A stretch of DNA of 64,000 bases from Polyangiaceae bacterium (GTDB taxonomy: Bacteria > Myxococcota_A > Polyangia > Polyangiales > Polyangiaceae), in the NCBI GenBank assembly GCA_965222375.1, contig CBDCTZ010000016.1, forward strand, positions 1,600,001-1,664,000, given 5' to 3'. Position numbers and translations under genes: made by a program. The notes under the pieces were generated by a model that made no database searches, was not told the origin of the DNA, and saw only the letters and a list, made by a program, of their open reading frames with translations. Position 1 is the stretch's first letter. Every line of letters begins with the position of its first letter. This document shows, one piece after another, positions 57,385 through 64,000 of this stretch.

Positions 57385-59466
57385 ATGCGCTGGTTCGTTG
57401 AAGTCTCCCGTGTGGGAGAGGAAGCTCCGCCCGACAAGTATTGCTTGGAAGCCAAGCAATGGCAGGCTGCGCTCCAAGAAGTCCGCCGCAAGCGGGCCGA
57501 CACCGGTCCGCTCTCCAAGTTCTCCATCGAGCTCCTGGATGACGGCTACCGAGCCGTCGATGCGTCTCAGAAGATCCGCTACATGGTGGCCAAGGCCCCG
57601 GCGACCGCGCCCCTGGTCGAGCCTCAGGCCGAGCCTCCGCCCAAGACGAGTCCCATCGCTTCGCCAGCACCTCTTACTGAAGATCCACTAGCGACGGATC
57701 CTCAGGCGGCGGCGCCGATGTCGGACGAGCCCTCAACCGAACGGATGCCGTCGGAGGCACCGCCGGCGGATCGCAAAGCGGCCCAGCCGGCGATTCGAGT
57801 GCCCGACGACGCCGTCCCCCCGGCGCCGTCGCCGTCCAAGCCGCCTGCCGCCGCGTCCTCCCCACCAAAGCCTCCGCAACCCGTGGCTGCAGCACCCAAG
57901 GTGGTGTCGTCACCACCCGCCGCGGCGCCCAAGGTCGCATCGTCGCCGCCCGCCGCCGCGGCGCCCAAGGTCGCATCGTCACCACCCAAAGCCGCTGCCT
58001 CTGCACCGCCCGCTGCCGCGACCTCGTCAGCAGCGACTCAGGCCTCGTCCGCCCCTGCAGCAGCCTCGCCCACGGCTCCCTCCGCCGCGAGCGCCCCGCC
58101 CACGGAAAAGGTGTCCCCGTCGGCCATTCTGCCGCCGTCCGACTCAGCCGGGGTGAAGCCAAAAATGAACGGGCCCGCTGCTAAAGGCAGTGAGGCCGAG
58201 AAACCCACAGCGTCGGCGAACAAGTCGGCACCCGCGTCCACGACTTCCAAGTCGGACACTCAGCGGCTCAGCTCTCATCCCACCCAACGCAGCCTCGAGG
58301 CCGCCAAGGCACCGGATTTTCAGGTTATCCGTAAGCGGGAGGACGAGCCGTCCGAGAAGAGTCCCATCGTGTATCGCGAATACGCTTACGCGGTCGCTCC
58401 GGAGACCTTGGCAGCGCAAGCCGAGCTGCTGATTTGGGTCAGGTTCAAGGAGATCAAGTCGAAGATTGATGAGCGGTCGGAGCGCAAGTTCGTGCAGCTC
58501 GCGGTCTTCGACCACGTATTCGAAAAGCGCCCCGAGCGCGCGCCCGTTGCCACTCTCGCGTGGCGTGACTGGCGAGGCGACCCCGTCGTCATGGTGCATG
58601 GAAAGAAGAGCACCGCCCCCGCTGCTGACCCCGACTCGAAGGCCAGCGCGGGAAGCTTTCCGCCTCGTCCTGCGAGCCTTCCACCTCGGCCTGTTGGCTC
58701 GTCCCCAGCTCAAGAGGCGCCAAGGCCGACCGACGCTGCCGAGGACAAGAAGGCCCCCGAGCAGGCAGCCGCGGACCCGAAGCCCGAAGCCGAGAAGAAG
58801 ATCGCGGCCGAAAAGAAGGCCGAGCCCGAGAAGGTGACCAAAGCAAAGAAGCCCGCACCAACGGAGGAAAAGGCGGTGGCCGAGGAGCGGCCTTCCGAGC
58901 CGCCGCCGTCATCCCGACGAATCGCCCCCGGCAAGCGTCGCGCGGATGAAGATCTGATTGGTGAGCTGTTCGAGACGATGCACGAGTTGCATTTCCTTCC
59001 GGACATGGTCAGCGGAGTCGAATTCGTGCTCTCCATCGTCGAGGACATGCTGCCTAGCGGTGGCGCCATCTTGCACGTCTTCGACATCAATCTGCGTCAG
59101 TTCGTGGTGGTCCGGGCCTATGGCAAAGGCGCTGAGGCATTGCTCCTGCATCGCACTCCGGACGTGGATCCCTTTTTCAACTCGGCCATGCGCCGGACTC
59201 ATGCCCTCGCGATCTCCGGCAAGGACGAAAAGTACCTCGGGCCCCGCTGGACCACCCTGGGCGTCGAACCCGAAGAAGCTCTGTTCGGTTCGGTCCAAAT
59301 CCACGGCCGCTACTTGGGCGCCATCGAGATTGCCAACCCCCACGGCGGCGGCAAGTACTCCCAGAGCGAGGCCAACGCCTTGGAGTACATTTGTGCCCAG
59401 TTCGCGGATTTCCTGGCAGCCCGTCCCATCGTGCTGGATGCGGACGTGGTTCTACCCAAATCCTAG
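57385..59466 (+). CDS. Pro/Ala-rich protein with C-terminal GAF domain
   Basis: Three globular segments separated by low-complexity linkers. C-terminal GRYLGAIEIAN..YS..E..AL GAF pattern. Confidence 0.8.
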   Translation: MRWFVEVSRVGEEAPPDKYCLEAKQWQAALQEVRRKRADTGPLSKFSIELLDDGYRAVDASQKIRYMVAKAPATAPLVEPQAEPPPKTSPIASPAPLTEDPLATDPQAAAPMSDEPSTERMPSEAPPADRKAAQPAIRVPDDAVPPAPSPSKPPAAASSPPKPPQPVAAAPKVVSSPPAAAPKVASSPPAAAAPKVASSPPKAAASAPPAAATSSAATQASSAPAAASPTAPSAASAPPTEKVSPSAILPPSDSAGVKPKMNGPAAKGSEAEKPTASANKSAPASTTSKSDTQRLSSHPTQRSLEAAKAPDFQVIRKREDEPSEKSPIVYREYAYAVAPETLAAQAELLIWVRFKEIKSKIDERSERKFVQLAVFDHVFEKRPERAPVATLAWRDWRGDPVVMVHGKKSTAPAADPDSKASAGSFPPRPASLPPRPVGSSPAQEAPRPTDAAEDKKAPEQAAADPKPEAEKKIAAEKKAEPEKVTKAKKPAPTEEKAVAEERPSEPPPSSRRIAPGKRRADEDLIGELFETMHELHFLPDMVSGVEFVLSIVEDMLPSGGAILHVFDINLRQFVVVRAYGKGAEALLLHRTPDVDPFFNSAMRRTHALAISGKDEKYLGPRWTTLGVEPEEALFGSVQIHGRYLGAIEIANPHGGGKYSQSEANALEYICAQFADFLAARPIVLDADVVLPKS

Positions 59467-59531
59467 CCAAGGCCTCGGCCGAGAGCTGTACCCGGGCGGC
59501 GCCGTGCCCTGGCTCGGTGTAGGGTTGCCGC

Positions 59532-61133
59532 ATGACTGAGCGTACGCCGCGGGAGAGGCTGCTGCCCTTTCTTGGCGTGCCCGCGATCGTGGTAGCGATC
59601 GTGGTGCTCATGGTGGTGACCTTCAGGAATAGCTTCCAGCTCGAAAAGCTGCGGGAGCAGTCGGTTGTCGAGGCCACCCTGACCCTCGCCAACGAGAAAG
59701 CCGACCGCCTGGACAAGCGCATCATCGAGCAGGACAACTCCGTTCTGTCCTTGGTGGACCTGGAAGACCGCGTCGGTTTCGGTAGCGATTGGCTCGAGGT
59801 TGCTGCCCGACAGACGCCAACGGTGCGTGGGGTGCTGCTCATCGATCTGAATTCACCTGGAAAAGAGGTGGTTGCATTCTCGTCCCGTGCGCCTGGGCCG
59901 GAAGCCGAGCGATTCCGAAGAACGCTGATCCACGTCTTGATGCCAGAGCTAGAGCTGTCGCGCCAGCCACGTAAGCAGCTGCGCCATCTGCACAAGAGCC
60001 ACGAAGGTCACAGCTACCTCGTTAGCTATTGGCAGCGAGAATCCCACGGTCGGCGCTACCTCTTGCTCGCATGGCACGACGTGCCGCGAATCGTCCACGA
60101 CCTGTTCCCCTCCGTTTATTCGGAACGCGACCAGCATAGTCGTGTTAACGTTGTCGATGCGGATGGGCGCATCGTCTTCGGTCCGCCCCTGAGCCGTGGT
60201 GGCTTCACGATCGGTCGACGTTTCGAAACCACGCTCTACAAGTGGCGCGTCAATGTGACGCTCATCTCGGCGGAAGAGCTGACCGCAGCCGTGGCTCGGC
60301 GCCGCAGCTTGGAAATGGCTCTGGTCGGACTGAGCTGGTTGGTCGTGCTCGCGGGGCTGAGCGTCGTGCTTTTTGCAGCCGCTCGCGAGCGCAAACTCTC
60401 CAACTTGAAAAGCGATTTCGTGGCCAATGTTTCCCACGAACTCAAGACTCCCCTGTCACTAGTGCGGATGTTTGGAGAACTGCTTCAAAGTGGGCGCGTC
60501 GAGAGTGACGTGAAGCGCAAGCAATACCTCGAAATCATCGTTTCGGAGAGCGAGCGGCTCGCTGCGTTGATCGAAAACGTCCTGGATTTCGCTAAGGTGG
60601 AGCGCGGCAAAGCTGCCTACACCTTCAATCTTGCGTCCGTGGGCGACGTCGTCGCCCGCGCCGTGGAAGCTTGCCGGGTACGTGCCCAGAGAGAAGACGT
60701 CGAGTTGGCGCTTTCTCTGGAATCCGACCTGCCCGAAGTGGAACTCGATGAACGCGCCGTGGAAATCGCCGTATTCAACCTGGTCGACAATGCGCTGAAG
60801 TACGCGCCCGACGGCGACAAGATCGCCGTGGCGGTCGTCCAAGGAGACGGAGATGTGCAGGTCCGGGTCACCGACGAAGGTGCTGGCATCGCCGCAGAAG
60901 ATCGAAAGCGGATCTTCGAGCGATTCGTGCGTGGGCGCGGTACCAGCAACAAGCAGGTACGCGGCAGTGGCATCGGGTTGGCCCTGGTCAAGCACATCGC
61001 CGAAGCCCATGGCGGCCGCGCCTGGGTCGAGGAAACGACGCCTCGCGGTAGTACCTTCATTTTCACGTTGCGAACCCGGGGCAAGCACGCCCTGGCGCGA
61101 GCCGCGTTGCCCGAGGTTCCCGCCACGTCCTAG
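59532..61133 (+). CDS. Membrane sensor histidine kinase
   Basis: Two TMs, SHELKTPL, NLVDNALKY, DEGAG, FERF and GSGIGL. Confidence 0.95.
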   Translation: MTERTPRERLLPFLGVPAIVVAIVVLMVVTFRNSFQLEKLREQSVVEATLTLANEKADRLDKRIIEQDNSVLSLVDLEDRVGFGSDWLEVAARQTPTVRGVLLIDLNSPGKEVVAFSSRAPGPEAERFRRTLIHVLMPELELSRQPRKQLRHLHKSHEGHSYLVSYWQRESHGRRYLLLAWHDVPRIVHDLFPSVYSERDQHSRVNVVDADGRIVFGPPLSRGGFTIGRRFETTLYKWRVNVTLISAEELTAAVARRRSLEMALVGLSWLVVLAGLSVVLFAAARERKLSNLKSDFVANVSHELKTPLSLVRMFGELLQSGRVESDVKRKQYLEIIVSESERLAALIENVLDFAKVERGKAAYTFNLASVGDVVARAVEACRVRAQREDVELALSLESDLPEVELDERAVEIAVFNLVDNALKYAPDGDKIAVAVVQGDGDVQVRVTDEGAGIAAEDRKRIFERFVRGRGTSNKQVRGSGIGLALVKHIAEAHGGRAWVEETTPRGSTFIFTLRTRGKHALARAALPEVPATS

Positions 61134-61183
61134 TTTCATTGGTTGGGGTCGAGCACAGGGGCGTCGCTGGGCCACTACTCTCG
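61134..61183 (+). repeat. Dispersed intergenic repeat, copy C
   Basis: TTGGTTGGGGTCG..GGGGCGTCGCTGGGCCACTACTCTCG directly after the histidine kinase stop. Confidence 0.78.
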
Positions 61184-61218
61184 TTCTGGGCCGGCCTGGC
61201 GCAATGCATGCTGCACGG

Positions 61219-61323
61219 CGGGAGTAGCGCAGTAGCGACGCCCCAGCACTCACCCCTTCGGGTGTTGCCCCTTCGGGCATCGAAGCGCGTCACAAGCGCG
61301 TCGCCCCCCAATCCCAAACAAAC
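61219..61323 (-). repeat. Dispersed intergenic repeat, long copy D, with hairpin module
   Basis: Shares TGCCCCTTCGGGCAT and CGAAGCGCGTCACAAGCGCGTC with copy G. Lies 9 bp after the M23 stop. Confidence 0.8.
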
Positions 61324-61332
61324 CGTGGGCCG

Positions 61333-63369
61333 CTATTCGTCGACTTCGCCGTCGTCGGACGCGGACTGCATCTTCATCAGATCCCTGTCCGTGAGGTAGA
61401 CAGCAGAACCGCCGCTGGTGGGTTTGGCGGGCGCGGGAGCTTCTGGTGCCGGGGACGCTTTGGCCGCCGCGGGTTTCGGCTCTTCGGCACCGCCGCCGGT
61501 TCCGGATTTCGGCGAGGCCGAACCGCCGCCGGGGAGCTCCAGATCGGGTTCCGAGGATTCTTCGCCTTCCGCTGGGCTCGGGCCGGCGGCGACAGGCTCC
61601 TCGAGCACCGGGGGCTCTGCAATGGCTTCTAGCAGCTTGTCGTAGCGCTCCTTCACCTTGGCGAAATCGCCTCGTTCGCTGGGAGGCAACACGCGCATGC
61701 CGTCTAGGTTCAGCGTTTCCGCGTCGAAGAACTTCCCCTTCTTCTTTGCGGTGAAGTGCAAATGCGGGCCTGTGGAGCGGCCCGTGGAGCCGACGTAGCC
61801 GATCACTTGAAGCCGCTTCACCTTGTCGCCGACTTTGAGGCCTTCCGCGAAGCGGGATAGGTGGGCGTAGCCCGTCTCGATGTCGTTGTAGTGCTCGATC
61901 TTGACCAGATTGCCGCTCGCGCCCGCATAGCCGACGAAGGAGACGGTGCCATAGGACGACGCGCCTACGGGCGTGCCGGCCGGCGCCCCGAAGTCCGTGC
62001 CGTTGTGGGGCATGACCTTCTTCAGCACCGGATGCATTCGCTTCGGGTTGAACTTCGAAGTCACCGGCGCGCCTTTGACGGGTTTGCGCCAGCCGCCCTC
62101 ATAGGGTGAGCGCCCCGAGGTGTCGAAGTAGCCTTTCGAGCTGCTGCCTCGGAAGTAGTAGATGCGCAGGGGTTTCTCGTCCTTTCGGAGGAGCTCCATC
62201 GCCTCCACCCCGGAGTAGCGAGCGAATTCGCCCAGCACGGTCACTTCTTGAGCCACGACTCGAATGCGGTCGCCCCGCTTGAGCTCTTCGATGCTCAGGT
62301 GGCCGCTCAAGGTCTTCGCGAGGGCTTTCGCCATGCCTCGTTCGAGCCCAGCGCGTTCGGCGGCGTCATCGATCTTGCCGGCCTGCAACGTGAAACCACC
62401 AGAGCGCTGCACCCGTTCGATCTTCAGGTCGAGCTTCTTGCCCTGCAGCAGCTGGGCGGAGTTCTCCTTCGCTTGGTAGATCTCTTCCTTGCTGACGATG
62501 TACTCGAAGGCCTTGATGCGCTTGCTGCTTCGTTCGATCAGCGCAGCGAAGGCGTCGGACTTCTTGCAGCGATCCAGGTTGCGCATGCCTTTTAGCGCCG
62601 TATAGACGCGGTAGGCCTGCTTCTTGTCGACCCCAGCTTTCTGGATTGCGCGAAGAAACGGCGCCGTGCCGATGGTCCCCTCGACGACGCGCATGCCGGC
62701 CTTGCCCTTGGCGTCCTTGATCCGCCAAGGGCCGGGGATCTTGACTCGCTTGGGTTTGGGCGTCGTGGGCTCGGCCGCGGGTTTTGCTTCGGAGCCTTCT
62801 GACTCGCCTTCGGTTTTGGCCTCGATGGGCACGACTTCGCCGGGCTTTGGATCGAGCGCGGTCGCCAAGGCGATCACCGAGGCGACGGCCGCTAAACCAA
62901 GCAGCGCGCCGAAGAGGGCGACCATGTTCGGTGAAAAGGCAGGTCGGCCTTGAGGGGCCATCGGTGCTGAGGGGGCCCGACGCGGCGCGCCACTCGTGCC
63001 GATTTCGTCGAAGCCCCGGGGTGCGCTCAGCGGCGTCTCGATGGGGCTGTCCTCAGCGGCACCTTCGCTTCGCGCGGCGCTGGCCCGCGCTCGGGCCATG
63101 AGCCGAGCTTTGACCGGATGCACGTTGGGGTCGGTGATCGGGGGTTCGTCCTCCGGCTCCTCCGGGCTCGCTGGGTCCACGGCTGGGGAATTCGCCGTGG
63201 TCTCGGGAAAAGGGGCCGGATCGTCCGAAATCGAGCCGGTGTCGTCGCTCGGACGCTCGTTGGCCTCGTCGAGTTCGAGCATCGGCTCGGTCTCGCCATC
63301 GTCGCGGGCGAGCGGATCGACAATTCGACCCACGTGTCGCACGCCCTCGGGATGGGCTCGGGACGCCAC
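61333..63369 (-). CDS. M23 family metallopeptidase (MepM-like), membrane-anchored
   Basis: R.HPVL..HNGTDF, YAHL and GSTGRSTGPHLHF; one TM. Start uncertain. Confidence 0.92.
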   Translation of the reverse strand: MASRAHPEGVRHVGRIVDPLARDDGETEPMLELDEANERPSDDTGSISDDPAPFPETTANSPAVDPASPEEPEDEPPITDPNVHPVKARLMARARASAARSEGAAEDSPIETPLSAPRGFDEIGTSGAPRRAPSAPMAPQGRPAFSPNMVALFGALLGLAAVASVIALATALDPKPGEVVPIEAKTEGESEGSEAKPAAEPTTPKPKRVKIPGPWRIKDAKGKAGMRVVEGTIGTAPFLRAIQKAGVDKKQAYRVYTALKGMRNLDRCKKSDAFAALIERSSKRIKAFEYIVSKEEIYQAKENSAQLLQGKKLDLKIERVQRSGGFTLQAGKIDDAAERAGLERGMAKALAKTLSGHLSIEELKRGDRIRVVAQEVTVLGEFARYSGVEAMELLRKDEKPLRIYYFRGSSSKGYFDTSGRSPYEGGWRKPVKGAPVTSKFNPKRMHPVLKKVMPHNGTDFGAPAGTPVGASSYGTVSFVGYAGASGNLVKIEHYNDIETGYAHLSRFAEGLKVGDKVKRLQVIGYVGSTGRSTGPHLHFTAKKKGKFFDAETLNLDGMRVLPPSERGDFAKVKERYDKLLEAIAEPPVLEEPVAAGPSPAEGEESSEPDLELPGGGSASPKSGTGGGAEEPKPAAAKASPAPEAPAPAKPTSGGSAVYLTDRDLMKMQSASDDGEVDE

Positions 63370-63503
63370 GGGGCCGACCTAGCAGCAGGGGGCCATGGGA
63401 GCAAGGGAGGCAGCAGGAACCCTGAAGGTCTGTTCCCATGTTGCCCTGGCTGCCGGGCCGGGGGGCTTGGCCCGGAGCGCGACTTCGACAACACTCCCGG
63501 GCT

Positions 63504-64000
63504 ATGGACGACCACCTGAAGCAGCTACTCCTGCTCGGTCGAGAGCACTACCAAAAGCGGGAGTACGACAAAGCCGAGTATCTGCTGCGACAAGTCGTCG
63601 ACAAGACGGACCAATACGCCGACGTCCATCACATGCTGGGTGTGATCACGCATAGCCGAGGAGACTTCGCTCAGGCGGAGGAGCACTTCGAGCGCGCCGT
63701 GGAACTCAACCCCAACTACACCGAGGCCGCCCTCAACCTGATGGTCACCTACAACGACTTGGGCAAGTACGACGCGGCACGTCAAATCTACGCGCGGATC
63801 CGGAACCGCTCCGAAGGTCACGAACGGCACCAAGATCCATTTGCCAAAGGCAAGATCGCGAACATGCACGCGGAGTTGAGCCAGGCCTACTTGGACCTAG
63901 GTATGACCCTAGACGCGATTCGCGAACTCGAGAAGGCAACGACCCTATGCCCAACCTTCGCGGATCTGCGCACCCGATTGGGCATTCTGTATCGAGACAG
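63504..64000 (+). CDS. Tetratricopeptide repeat protein (runs off the window end)
   Basis: Own translation: MDDHLKQLLLLGREHY..FERAVELNPNYTEAALNL..LGKYDAA. Open to the end of the window. Confidence 0.88.
   Translation, partial: MDDHLKQLLLLGREHYQKREYDKAEYLLRQVVDKTDQYADVHHMLGVITHSRGDFAQAEEHFERAVELNPNYTEAALNLMVTYNDLGKYDAARQIYARIRNRSEGHERHQDPFAKGKIANMHAELSQAYLDLGMTLDAIRELEKATTLCPTFADLRTRLGILYRD

Overview
GC-rich bacterial chromosomal window, most likely from a myxobacterium (Myxococcota, Polyangiales-like). This is inferred from four MYXO-CTERM-type tails, three Hanks-type Ser/Thr kinases, many Cys-rich lipoproteins and a CdnL-type CarD. It holds about 57 densely packed CDS: housekeeping genes (def, fabH, tyrS, IHF/HU, PduO, SfsA, sirtuin, DTW/TapT), signalling proteins and secreted hydrolases. 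I saw no rRNA, tRNA, CRISPR array, transposase or integrase. The most interesting signals are: (1) an unannotated dispersed 50-150 bp intergenic repeat family with at least 7 copies, mostly just 3' of and co-oriented with a gene, two of them carrying the same internal hairpin/VNTR module; (2) an orphan polymerase-beta-type nucleotidyltransferase resembling phage proteins, with no prophage context; (3) a higher-order tandem repeat whose first and last units contain the stop codons of two convergent genes; (4) several cyclic-nucleotide-related genes (kinase-cNMP, cNMP-uridine kinase fusion, stand-alone cyclase coupled to fabH); (5) an apparently frameshifted DUF3105 gene. Family calls come from motif recognition only; no searches were run.
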